Positions 21,628-31,184 of a DNA stretch of 64,000 nucleotides are shown here, piece by piece (position 1 is the first letter of the stretch; each line of letters begins with the position of its first letter). Origin of the DNA: an uncultured delta proteobacterium (lineage in GTDB: Bacteria; Desulfobacterota; Binatia; UBA9968); the NCBI GenBank assembly GCA_963745835.1, contig CAVUZH010000020.1:32001-96000 (forward strand), written 5' to 3'. The position numbers were made by a program, and so were the translations under genes. Below the pieces are notes generated by a model. The model was not told the DNA's origin. It did no database searches and saw nothing but the letters and a program-made list of their open reading frames with translations.

Positions 21628-21959
21628 GAGTTTCTTGCGTAAGCTAACTCATTTAGCAGTCTCGAATGGATTAAGTCAATCAATTGGCACAACTGAGTCG
21701 AACACATCGTCATTGATTTGCGCCACCCAATCGCCGATTTCACAATCCATGCCGCGAAGGGGCAACAATGGACCACGGCGCTAAATCAGCTTAATTCGTT
21801 GGCGCCGGAAAAACGACGATGAATACATCCGCATGATAACGTCGCTTCATACGGCGAATTCTCGGTAAGAAAGCAAAAGTAAAGACGCGACCCTACGCCG
21901 GCGCTCACGTCTGCGTCAGAACGCGTTTCTTTACTTCAGTAACGAATCATTCGGGATTA

Positions 21960-22226
21960 CCCAGGCAGAATGCCTGACGTTAAAAGAGATCGAATGGCGT
22001 TGACTACTTAAAACGAGGAAGTACCCCAACACCAGGCGCTCGTCGTGCGAGTTATTGAATCGATACAGCGGGCTTAAGCAACGGATGATCGGTGAGCGGT
22101 TCGGCGGGTAGGATGAGGGGTTGGCGCGGTCGCAGACGAGACGGGAAAGGATCGAGCCGGAACCGAAGATCCGAAAGTGGTTTCAGGATCTCTCGCGCTT
22201 AAGTACTTAAGTCAAGATTTGACCCC
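21960..22226 (+). pseudogene. C-terminal remnant plus right end of a Y1/RAYT-like element
   Basis: ELLNRYSGLKQRMIGERFGG matches ELMYRYSKISQEEIGKRFGG of 45545-46537; ends AAGATTTGACCCC 22214-22226. Confidence 0.72.
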
Positions 22227-22496
22227 AACCGACCCACAACGCCATGAGAGAAATGACGTCGCGTTATCAAACTCAAAAAAGCGACGGCGGACATTTTAAT
22301 CTGCATCAAGTCAGGTGAGTGCTCTCTCATTCCCCGCCCTCCAACGGCGCTCTCAAACTCTCCGACCCTTTCAGCTTCCAACAGCCGGTCTCCTTGACGA
22401 ACGTGCGGAACTTCGCATAGCGTAAAGCTCGCAGCCGACAAAACTTTTCTGTGTAGCGGCCGCGCGATTGATCACAAATACAGGGGAGGACACCAC

Positions 22497-24158
22497 ATGG
22501 CTGATAGTAACAATGGGTTAGACAAGATCTCCGCGCTCAATCCCGTTGGATATGCGCCAAAAGTGACCCCGAAGCCGATGGCGCCGCGGCTCGACGGCCT
22601 CGACGGCAAGACCATTTACTTGGTCGATCCGCGCTTCGATGACTCCGGCCTTTTTCTGCGCCAGGTGCAAGACTGGTTCGGCGAGCACATGCCTTCGGTC
22701 AAAACTAAGCTCGTCGAAATGTCGAGCGTCTACACCAAGGACGATCCGAAAACGTGGGAGATGATCAAGGCCAACGGCGACGGCGCGATTATCGGTGTCG
22801 GCCATTGAAGCACCTGCGCGCCGGCGGTCGCCGTGCATGCAATCGCGCTTGATAGTAAATACGGTGTTCCCACCGTTGCTATCCATACCAACGTCTTCGA
22901 GAAAGCCGTGCAGTCGGTGACACGCATGCACGGCATGCCCGAAGCGCGCCACACGTTCGTTCCCCAGCCGGTGATGGGCAAGACCGCGGCGCAGCTGCGC
23001 GCCTACGTCGACGGCAAAAGTCCGATCAGCGGCCGGCCGGTGATGCAGGAAGTCATCGAAGGTCTCACCCGTCCGGCCGAGGGAGATCGGATCAGAGAAA
23101 CCAAATTCGAGCGTACTACGCCGCGGCTCGTGGACGCCGACTCTGACGAGAACCTGCAGCGATTGTTCCTCGACAATAATTGGACCGACAAACTGCCGAT
23201 TGTTTTGCCCACGGAAAAGCGCGTAGTGGAAATGCTCTCTCACACGAGCCACAAGCCGGGCGAAATCGCCGGACATATTCGCTCGAACCAGTTTCGCCAG
23301 CACTGGGAATTTACTGTCGAGCAAGTCGCGGTCAACGCGGTGATGGCGGGCGCCCGCCCGGAATATTTTCCGGTCATTCTCGCTCTCGCAGCCAGCGGCG
23401 TGAGCGCGCGCGGCAGCACGACCAGCTCCATGGCGGCAATGGTCGTCGTCAACGGCCCGATCCGAAACGAGATCGCCATGAACTCCGGCACCGGCGCCAT
23501 GGCGCCGTACAATCATGCCAATGCGACCATCGGGCGCGCCTACGGCTTGCTGTCGCAAAATCTCCAGGGCGGCTCGATTCCAGGGGACAGCTACATGGGC
23601 TCCCAGGGCAACGGCTATGCCTACGGCACGGTCACATTCGCTGAGAATGAGGAACGCAGCCCGTGGACACCGTTCCACACGCAGCACGGATTCAAGCCGA
23701 CCGACAGCACGGTGAGCATATTCACCGGCTGCCGCTCGACCGCGTTTACCCTCGGCGTGCGCGAGAAGTACTGGCGCGAGCACGTGCGCAACATGCTACG
23801 CGGCATGGACGCACACAGCGCGCCGACGTTTTTGCTCGATCCCATCGCCGCGCGTCAGTACATCGACCGCGGCGGGTTTGACACCAAGGAAAAGCTCATC
23901 CAGTGGATTTATGAAAACGCATTGATGCCGGCCGGCGAATACTGGGATTATCAGTTGATTCAGAATTACATCTACCCACGCGCGACCTTCGGCGAGGAAC
24001 CCTACGCCTCCAAGCTGAAAGCCGCCCCCGACGAGATGGTCAAGATGTTCAAGCCCGACGAAATTCACGTCGTGGTCGTCGGCGGCGAAACCAATGGCTA
24101 CTGGCGCATCATGGGATGCAGTTATCAGAAAACTGTTTCGGTGGATGAGTGGAGATAG
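22497..24158 (+). CDS. Putative selenoprotein (UGSC-family-like, UxxC) fused to an uncharacterised C-terminal domain, 553 aa by UGA read-through
   Basis: ORFs 22497-22808 and 22833-24158 are in the same frame, joined by TGA 22806-22808 to give GVGH-U-STC; SECIS-like hairpin follows. Confidence 0.82.
22815..22841 (+). promoter_or_regulatory. Bacterial SECIS-like hairpin
   Basis: CGGC-GGTC-GCCG apical stem-loop (22822-22833), loop G 18 nt after the UGA, extendable with TGC/GCA. Confidence 0.65.
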
Positions 24159-24170
24159 ATTTACTGGCTC

Positions 24171-24297
24171 GTTCAAAACGTTCAAGCCGTTCAACCGCTA
24201 CGCTCCGTTCAAACCCCCACCTCTCGTCCTCCCCCGCGACGCGGGGGAGGATGAAGGAGGGGGCTTCAACGATTTGAACTTTTTGAACGGCTTGAAC
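24171..24297. repeat. Palindromic element: GTTCAA repeats - GC hairpin - TTGAAC repeats
   Basis: Inner perfect 11-bp stem TCCTCCCCCGC-gac-GCGGGGGAGGA 24227-24251. Confidence 0.8.
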
Positions 24298-24311
24298 CAA
24301 AGAATCTAAAT

Positions 24312-25241
24312 ATGTCTGAGTATGATGTAATCGTCGTCGGTTCCGGCCTCGCCGGGTTAACCGCCGGCTTGTTTTCCGCGCGGCACGGCCTTTCCACTCT
24401 GATTTTGGAATCGAATATTCCCGGCGGGCATCTCATCAGCATCGAGAAGATCGAGGATTTCCCCGGTTTTCCGGATGGCATCGCCGGTTATGACCTTTGC
24501 CCGACAGTTCAGCGCCAGGCGGCGGACCACGGAGCCGAGTTTGAACGCGCCGAAGTCGTCAAGCTGGAAGCCAAAGATCGTTTCTGGTCGGTTGCAATCG
24601 ACGAACAATCGCATCTCACCAAAGCCGTCATCGTCGCCACGGGTTCGGCGCTCAAAGAACTCGGCGTGCCTGGCGAAGAGAAACTGATGGGTCGAGGCGT
24701 AAGCCACTGCGCAAGCTGCGATGGCCCGCTCTACGACGGCCAGGTCGTCGGCGTGGTCGGCGGCGGTGACTCCGCGCTCCAGGAAGCGCTGACACTTGCC
24801 AATTTCGCGCAGTCGGTTTTAGTTTTTCAGCGCGAAGCAAGTTTTACCGGCCATCGTTGGTATCTCGACCGAGTATTGAACGAGTCGAAGATCGCGCCAC
24901 GCTATCGAACCACCGTCGAAGAGGTTTTGGGCGATGATAAACTCAGCGGCGTGCGGGTGCGCAACGTGGGTACAAGCGAGACATCTGAAATCGAGCTGGC
25001 AGGCTTATTCGTTTATGTCGGCTTGAAGCCGAATACTGCGTTGTTGAAAAATGTTCTAACGCTCAGCGACACCGGCCACGTGCCAACGGACGGCTGGATG
25101 AAAACCGAGCGGAACGGCCTGTACGCCGTAGGCGACATTCGCCAGGACTCGGCGGCGCAGGCGATTACGTCGGCGGGCGACGGCGCGACCGCGGCGATTG
25201 CGGCGTATCGATACATAAAGAGCCAGTTTCATGGAAGCTGA
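24312..25241 (+). CDS. trxB: Thioredoxin-disulfide reductase family
   Basis: GSGLAG, IVATGS, GVSHCASCDG, GGGDSA, AVGD, AGDGATAA. Confidence 0.88.
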   Translation: MSEYDVIVVGSGLAGLTAGLFSARHGLSTLILESNIPGGHLISIEKIEDFPGFPDGIAGYDLCPTVQRQAADHGAEFERAEVVKLEAKDRFWSVAIDEQSHLTKAVIVATGSALKELGVPGEEKLMGRGVSHCASCDGPLYDGQVVGVVGGGDSALQEALTLANFAQSVLVFQREASFTGHRWYLDRVLNESKIAPRYRTTVEEVLGDDKLSGVRVRNVGTSETSEIELAGLFVYVGLKPNTALLKNVLTLSDTGHVPTDGWMKTERNGLYAVGDIRQDSAAQAITSAGDGATAAIAAYRYIKSQFHGS

Positions 25242-25284
25242 GGTCGGCAGAAACCAACTGGGATTTTCCGATTTCGCGCACGCG

Positions 25285-25351
25285 CGTCGTTCCCGTGAAA
25301 ACGGGAACCCAGGTTTGCATAGTCTGGACTCTCGCCTCCGCGGCAGTGACG
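25285..25351. repeat. REP-like doublet GTC.TTCCCGTGAAAACGGGAA.CCA / inverted partner
   Basis: Same unit flanks the GIY-YIG remnant at 30858-31127. Confidence 0.75.
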
Positions 25352-25367
25352 AACGCGAGGAGAAAGC

Positions 25368-26423
25368 ATGAGAAGGTCTGCAATCCGGGTTAGCGTTATC
25401 GCCTCACTCATGTTTGCCGCTTGCATTCTATTTCTTACCCGGCCTCTCCACGCCCAACCCAACTTCTTCCAGGGAACATCGGTGAGAATCATCCGCGGCG
25501 GCCAGCCGGGCGATCTCTATGACCTATGGACGCGCCACATTGCAACTTATTTGGGAAAACACATTCCGGGAAATCCAAGCGTCACAGTGCAAAACATGCC
25601 GGGCGCGGGTTCGGTGATTGCGGCCAACTATGTGTACAACGTCGCCAAGCCGGACGGCCTCACTCTGGGCTCGCTCAATTCGGCCATCTACATGGATCAA
25701 CTGATCGGCCGCAAGGAAGTCCAGTTCGATTGGGCGAAGTTCAATTGGATCGGTACACCGGAACCGACCGAGCTGCTGTTCATTATGCGCGGCGACAGTC
25801 CGTATAAATCCATCGACGATATGCGCAAGGGCGGCGAGTCGCCAAAATGCGGCTCCACGGGCACCGCTTCGATCACCTATCACATTCCCAAGCTCCTCGA
25901 CGACGTGCTCGGCGCCAAGTCCACCATCATTGCCGGCTATCAAGGCGCCGGCGATATCGACGTCGCCCTCGAACGCGGCGAGTTGCAGTGCCGGCTGATC
26001 ACCATCGCGGCGTTTTTTGGCCGCGAGCCGCATATCTCCTGGTATAAAAAGGGGTTCACTCGTCCACTCGTGCAAACCGGCCGCAAGCGGGATCGCTTGT
26101 TACCGGATACGCCTACTTTTCATGAGCTATTGGATCGCTACAAGGCGAGCGACGCCGATCGCCGCTTGGTCACGTTGATTACCGCGTCCAATGAGTTTGG
26201 GCGGCCGTGGACCGCGCCGCCGAACATGCCCGCCGATCGAATCAAGATCCTTCGCGACGCTTGGGATAAGACGCTCAAAGATCCCGATCTCCTGGCCGAT
26301 GCAAAGAAGCGCGGCTGGCCCGTCGACCCCATCAGTGGTGAACAGCTCTCCGAATTGGCTAAAGAAGTAATTGCGCAGCCGCCCGAGGTGGTGGCGAGAT
26401 TGAAGAAACTCTTGGCAGAGTAA
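25368..26423 (+). CDS. TTT (TctC/Bug-like) substrate-binding protein
   Basis: KHIPGNPSVTVQNMPGAGS, KPDGLTL, GYQG, ALERGE, FGRP..APP. Confidence 0.88.
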   Translation: MRRSAIRVSVIASLMFAACILFLTRPLHAQPNFFQGTSVRIIRGGQPGDLYDLWTRHIATYLGKHIPGNPSVTVQNMPGAGSVIAANYVYNVAKPDGLTLGSLNSAIYMDQLIGRKEVQFDWAKFNWIGTPEPTELLFIMRGDSPYKSIDDMRKGGESPKCGSTGTASITYHIPKLLDDVLGAKSTIIAGYQGAGDIDVALERGELQCRLITIAAFFGREPHISWYKKGFTRPLVQTGRKRDRLLPDTPTFHELLDRYKASDADRRLVTLITASNEFGRPWTAPPNMPADRIKILRDAWDKTLKDPDLLADAKKRGWPVDPISGEQLSELAKEVIAQPPEVVARLKKLLAE

Positions 26424-26451
26424 GATTAGTTTAAATTTTCGCAATGTTTTA

Positions 26452-26578
26452 CAGGCCGATCAAAAAGGCCCAGATGCGAGGCGCGCGATTTATCGACGAG
26501 CGTAGGCGTACGTTAATGGTTACGTTGGAGCGAGGCGGTTGAGCGCAACAAAGCAGGTGGACCTTTTTCATCGGCCTG
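26452..26578. mobile_element. MITE-like element with 17-bp TIR
   Basis: CAGGCCGATCAAAAAGG ... CCTTTTTCATCGGCCTG (16/17 match). Confidence 0.75.
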
Positions 26579-26590
26579 ATAGGAGGTTTT

Positions 26591-27694
26591 ATGCCGGCTA
26601 AATATCGCGCCGACCACATCGGCAGCCTGCTTCGACCCGCTGAGCTGCTGCAAGCACGGAACGCAAGTTCTGACACCGTGCAGCTGCGCGCGCTCGAGGA
26701 CAAACACATCCTGCGGGTCATCGCGCGTCAGAAGGATCTCGGCTTCAAGATCTTTACCGACGGGGAGCTGCGCCGCAACAACTTCATGAGCGATTTCAAC
26801 GACGCCGTGGAAGGCATCGATGAAGGCGTGGCCGTGGCGCGCACTTGGCAAACCGGCACGGGCCCATCGTCCCGCCCTTCCATGGTGCCAGGCACGATCG
26901 TGGCCAAAATCAAACAGAAACGGCGTCTCACCGGTCATGAATTCGCTTTCATCAAGCAGCACAGCCCCGGCGACATCAAGGTCACCTTGCCCACCGCCAA
27001 TCAGTTTCCAGCGATCTATTATAAGAAAGGCATCAGCGACAAAGTCTATCCGAACTACTCCGATTTCTTGTGGGATATCGTGCCAATCTTCAAGGCGGAG
27101 ATTCAGGCGTTGGTCGATGAAGGAGCGCAGTACGTGCAAATCGACGCGCCTCGCTACAGCTATTACATCGATCCGAAATGGCGCAGCTACGTGAAAAATG
27201 AAATGGGGCTCGATCCCGACCAGGCGCTCGACGAAGCGATTAACATTGACAACGCTTGTCTGGAAGGCGCGAAACGGGCGGGCGCAGTTCTGGCGATTCA
27301 CCTTTGCCGCGGGAACAACCGCAGCCAGTGGTACGCCGAAGGCGGCTACGACGCGATCGCGGAAAAATTATTCGGCCGGCTCAAGGTCGATGCTTTTCTC
27401 CTCGAGTACGAGTCCGAGCGCGCCGGCACCTTCGAACCTCTGCGCTTCGTGCCGCGCGGTAAGACGGTGGTCCTGGGCCTCGTCAGCAGCAAGCTGGCTG
27501 ATATGGAATCGCCGGATCATCTCGCAAGAAGAATCGACGAAGCGAGCAAGTACGTACCGCTCGAGAATCTCGCTCTCAGCCCCCAATGCGGCTTTGCTTC
27601 GACCATGGAAGGCAACCTGCTCACGGAAGACCAACAGTGGCAAAAACTTGGCTTGGTCGTCGAGACAGCGCGCAAGGTATGGAGCACAGTTTAA
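26591..27694 (+). CDS. Cobalamin-independent methionine synthase II family (single barrel)
   Basis: DHIGSLLRP, TDGELRR, HLCRGN, LEY, SPQCGFAS. Confidence 0.9.
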   Translation: MPAKYRADHIGSLLRPAELLQARNASSDTVQLRALEDKHILRVIARQKDLGFKIFTDGELRRNNFMSDFNDAVEGIDEGVAVARTWQTGTGPSSRPSMVPGTIVAKIKQKRRLTGHEFAFIKQHSPGDIKVTLPTANQFPAIYYKKGISDKVYPNYSDFLWDIVPIFKAEIQALVDEGAQYVQIDAPRYSYYIDPKWRSYVKNEMGLDPDQALDEAINIDNACLEGAKRAGAVLAIHLCRGNNRSQWYAEGGYDAIAEKLFGRLKVDAFLLEYESERAGTFEPLRFVPRGKTVVLGLVSSKLADMESPDHLARRIDEASKYVPLENLALSPQCGFASTMEGNLLTEDQQWQKLGLVVETARKVWSTV

Positions 27695-27757
27695 CTTTGA
27701 CGCCTTAGATCGTTGGTGGTATCTATCGTCGCGCTCAAGAACACCCAAGGAGGCAAC

Positions 27758-28951
27758 ATGAGACGGCTGATTTGCGCTGCATTCTTTATTGTGCTCGCAC
27801 TGTTCGCTTCAAGCTCCGAAGGCGAGAGTCAGACGATCAAAGTCGGTGCGGTCGTGCCACTCACCGGCCGTTACGCGGCGCTCGGCGGCCAGGTCAAAAC
27901 CGGTTATGAGCTTGCCGTCCAGCACATCAACGCGGCCGGCGGTGTGTCGGTCGGCGGCAAAAAAATGCAGATCGAGCTGACGATGCTCGACGACGAGTCC
28001 GACCCGACCAAAACCGTCGCGCGCCTGGAAACACTCGCCACCCAGGGCGTGGTTGCCTACCTGGGCGGAGCGGGCTCCGATCTCCATGGCGCGGCGGCTT
28101 CCATCGCCGATAAGAACAAAATTCCCTACCTCGGCGTCGCTTTCGCCTTCTATGGAATCCACCAGCAGGGGCTGCGCTATCTCTTCTCGCCCTTTCCCAA
28201 ATCTCCCGACCTGACCAGAGAAACTTTTGTTTTTCTCGATGCGATGATTCCCGCCGCACAGCGGCCGCGTAAAGTTGCGCTGTTTCTCGAACGGACGGAC
28301 TGGGGAAAGGAGATGGGCTCTGGTTGGCAAGGTCTCGCCAAGAAACATGGTTACGAAGTGGTCGCCAGCGGCGAATACGCGCCCGGCTCAAAGGATTTTT
28401 CGGATCTGATCCTGAAAGCCAAAACAGCGGACGCCGAAGCGGTGTTTGCGCTGCCGTCGCCGCCCGACGGCATGACGATCGTCAAACAGATGAAAGAATT
28501 GGATTTCAACACCAAGGTGAATCTCTTCATCCGCGCCGCCGATCCACCCGTATGGTCGCAGAACTTGAGCAAAGACGGCGATTACGTGCTGCTTTCGCCC
28601 GGCTGGCACTTCGCCGCGAAGTATCCCAGAGTGAGCGAGATCAACGACGCGCATCAAAAATTATTCAACCGGCCGGCCGATCCTCTGGTCGGTCCGTCCT
28701 ACGCTTGCTTGCAGATCCTTGCCGATGCGGTCACGCGGGCCAAGACGATTGACCGCGATAAGCTACGCGATGCCGTCGCCGCGACGAAAATGACGACGGT
28801 CGTCGGCCCCGTGCGCTTTCGCTCCGACGGGACCGGCGAAGTCAAAGTGTTTTTCCAGCAATGGCTCAAAGGCAAGCAGGAACTCGTCTGGCCCAAGGAG
28901 TTCGCCACTGCGTCGTTCGGCTATCCCGCGCCACCGTTCGACAAGCGATAA
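27758..28951 (+). CDS. Branched-chain amino acid ABC substrate-binding protein
   Basis: IKVGAVVPLTGRYA, INAAGGV, DDESDP. Confidence 0.9.
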   Translation: MRRLICAAFFIVLALFASSSEGESQTIKVGAVVPLTGRYAALGGQVKTGYELAVQHINAAGGVSVGGKKMQIELTMLDDESDPTKTVARLETLATQGVVAYLGGAGSDLHGAAASIADKNKIPYLGVAFAFYGIHQQGLRYLFSPFPKSPDLTRETFVFLDAMIPAAQRPRKVALFLERTDWGKEMGSGWQGLAKKHGYEVVASGEYAPGSKDFSDLILKAKTADAEAVFALPSPPDGMTIVKQMKELDFNTKVNLFIRAADPPVWSQNLSKDGDYVLLSPGWHFAAKYPRVSEINDAHQKLFNRPADPLVGPSYACLQILADAVTRAKTIDRDKLRDAVAATKMTTVVGPVRFRSDGTGEVKVFFQQWLKGKQELVWPKEFATASFGYPAPPFDKR

Positions 28952-28995
28952 CCTTTTTGACGCATACGTAAACAGCGACAAGAACGGAGAATAAA

Positions 28996-29214
28996 AAGCA
29001 CGAAATCCGAAGCACGAAGCTCTAAACAAATTCGAATGATCCAAGCATGGCAAATTCCAAACGAGCCCAAATCGGATTCGAGGTTTTGGATTTTCTGGTT
29101 TTGGATTTATTTTGGCTCCGGTTTGTTTCGAATTTCGATATTCGGATTTCGGATTTACCCTTGTGGGGTTTGTTTCGGTCTGCGGGCCTCTTTCGTGCTT
29201 CGAATTTCGGATTT
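28996..29214. repeat. Heptamer-periodic palindromic element
   Basis: AAGCACG AAATCCG AAGCACG ... TTTCGAA TTTCGAT ATTCGGA TTTCGGA ... TTTCGTG CTTCGAA TTTCGGA. Confidence 0.75.
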
Positions 29215-29253
29215 GGATTCCTTGGGATCTTGGCGCGACAAATCTGCAATCTA

Positions 29254-29976
29254 GTGTCCCTCCTAACACTCGCATCCGTTTCTAAGTCTTTTGGCGGTGT
29301 CACCGCCGTAAAAAATGTCAGTTTAACTGTCGAACCCGGCGAGATCCTGGGCGTCATGGGCCCCAACGGCTCGGGAAAAACGACGCTGTTCAACCTCGTG
29401 AGCGGTGCGCTGGCGCCGGACAGCGGGGAAATCCGTATCGACGGCGAGTGCACCAACGGCTTACGCCCTCATCAACTCTGCCGGCGCGGAGTTGCGCGCA
29501 CGTTCCAATTGGTTCGGCCGTTTCTCGCGTTGACGGTATCGGAGAACGTCCTAGTGGGCCTCGGCTACGGGCGGGAGAAACTCAGCGGCGCGCCGGCACG
29601 TCAAAGGGTGGCGGAACTTCTAGACTCCGCAGGTCTGTTTGGACGATCGGATCGCCTCGCAAGCACACTCACGGTCATGGATCGCAAGCGCCTGGAGCTG
29701 GCGCGCGCGCTCGCGACGTCGCCCAAGCTTTTGCTGCTCGATGAGTTCATGGCGGGTTTGACACCCACTGAAACCGCGGCGGCGCTTCGCCTCATCAGGG
29801 AACTGCAGCGCCAAGGTCTAACAATCGTGCTGGTCGAGCATATCGTCTGGGCTTTGCTTGACGTTTCCCATCGCATCGTGGTGCTGAGCGCCGGGGAAAA
29901 AATCGCCGACGGCGCGCCGGCCAAGATCGCCAACGATCCGCAGGTGATCGAAGTCTATCTCGGCGGAAACACGTGA
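29254..29976 (+). CDS. livG: BCAA ABC ATP-binding protein
   Basis: GPNGSGKTT, ARTFQ, LLLLDE, VEH; GTG start 29254. Confidence 0.88.
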   Translation: MSLLTLASVSKSFGGVTAVKNVSLTVEPGEILGVMGPNGSGKTTLFNLVSGALAPDSGEIRIDGECTNGLRPHQLCRRGVARTFQLVRPFLALTVSENVLVGLGYGREKLSGAPARQRVAELLDSAGLFGRSDRLASTLTVMDRKRLELARALATSPKLLLLDEFMAGLTPTETAAALRLIRELQRQGLTIVLVEHIVWALLDVSHRIVVLSAGEKIADGAPAKIANDPQVIEVYLGGNT

Positions 29977-29979
29977 AGA

Positions 29980-30070
29980 GTTCAAATCGTTTAAGCCGTT
30001 CAAACCGCCAGAAAAAATACAAAAACAACGGTCTTAGAAAACGAGTTGAACTTTTTGAACGGCTTGAACG
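29980..30070. repeat. GTTCAA.../...TTGAAC palindromic element
   Basis: Right arm TTGAACTTTTTGAACGGCTTGAAC identical to that at 24274-24297. Confidence 0.75.
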
Positions 30071-30084
30071 ATTGTTATTGAGAT

Positions 30085-30810
30085 ATGCTCCAAGTAACTA
30101 ATCTCCACGTCGCCTACGGGGAATTACCCGCGCTCCAGGGCGTCAGCCTAAAGATTCAGCCGGGCGAGTTGGTGGCGCTCGTCGGTCCCAACGGCGCCGG
30201 CAAGACAACGCTGCTGAAAACCATTTCCGGCTTGTTGCCGGCGCGGGCCGGCACGGTTCGTTGGCAAGACGAGGCGATCAACGAGGCCTCACCGCAGCGC
30301 ATCGTAGAGCGAGGCATCGCCCTTGTTCCCGAAGGACGAAAGCTGTTCGCCGCGATGACAGTCAGGGAAAACCTCGAGCTTGGCGCCTTCATTTTGCGGG
30401 CGCAGAAAGAGAAATTTAGTCAGCTCGAAAAAATTTTCGCTCTTTTCCCGCGCCTCGCCGAACGCCAGCGTCAACGCGCAGGATCGCTCTCGGGCGGCGA
30501 GCAGCAGATGCTCGCTCTCGGACGCGCGCTCATGGGGTTGCCGCGGCTCCTTTTGCTCGATGAACCCTCGCTCGGCTTGGCGCCGCGCGTGGTCGAGTCG
30601 ATGATGTCGATCTTGTCCGATCTCCACCGCGGCGGCATGAGCGTGCTGATCGTGGAGCAAAACGTGCACGCCGTTCTCGCGCTCGCAGAGCGCGCTTATA
30701 TTCTCGAAGGCGGGCGCATCGTCGGCGAGGGCGAAGGCCGAAAACTCCTCGAAGATGATCATGTACGTGCGGCCTACCTCGGTCCCCTGGCGCGAGTTGG
30801 TGAGTCGTGA
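30085..30810 (+). CDS. livF: BCAA ABC ATP-binding protein
   Basis: GPNGAGKTT, VPEGR, LSGGEQQM, LDEPSLGLAP, VEQN. Confidence 0.92.
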   Translation: MLQVTNLHVAYGELPALQGVSLKIQPGELVALVGPNGAGKTTLLKTISGLLPARAGTVRWQDEAINEASPQRIVERGIALVPEGRKLFAAMTVRENLELGAFILRAQKEKFSQLEKIFALFPRLAERQRQRAGSLSGGEQQMLALGRALMGLPRLLLLDEPSLGLAPRVVESMMSILSDLHRGGMSVLIVEQNVHAVLALAERAYILEGGRIVGEGEGRKLLEDDHVRAAYLGPLARVGES

Positions 30811-30857
30811 TCATCGCCGAACGTGGGCTCACCACAACGAGCGCAAGCCACTTCAGC

Positions 30858-31127
30858 GTCATTCCCGTGAAAACGGGAATCCAGGCTAATTATGCCTAAA
30901 GAGCCAGCAGTCTACATTCTTTCAAGCAAGCGCAATGGAACGCTTTACGTCGGCGTAAGCTGCACCCCGATATGATTTCGGCAATAACCAGAGAGAAACA
31001 GATCAAGAAATGGAACCGCGCATGGAAGCTTGAGCTAATCGAAGGGCACAATCCCGAATGGAAGGACTTGTGGGACGAAATCATTTAAAAACGGACGGAC
31101 ATAGATTCTCGCTTTCGCTGGAATGAC
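30858..31127 (+). mobile_element. REP-flanked GIY-YIG nuclease remnant (CDS remnant 30892-31088)
   Basis: MPKEPAVYILSSKRNGTLYVGV / AITREKQIKKWNRAWKLELIE..NPEWKDL with internal deletion; inverted REP-like arms 30858-30883 and 31102-31127. Confidence 0.82.
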
Positions 31128-31184
31128 TTTACGCAACTGTTGGAGCTTCACTGCAGCGCTGAAAATTCTCGTCGGCTTTGTAAA

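Noticed and set aside
22518-23783. 421-aa minus-strand ORF and similar long antisense ORFs (17442, 18726, 48949, 54436)
   Set aside because: Shadow ORFs opposite well-supported genes in GC-rich DNA
29047-29253. Hydrophobic extension of livG
   Set aside because: It is a translation of the heptamer repeat element
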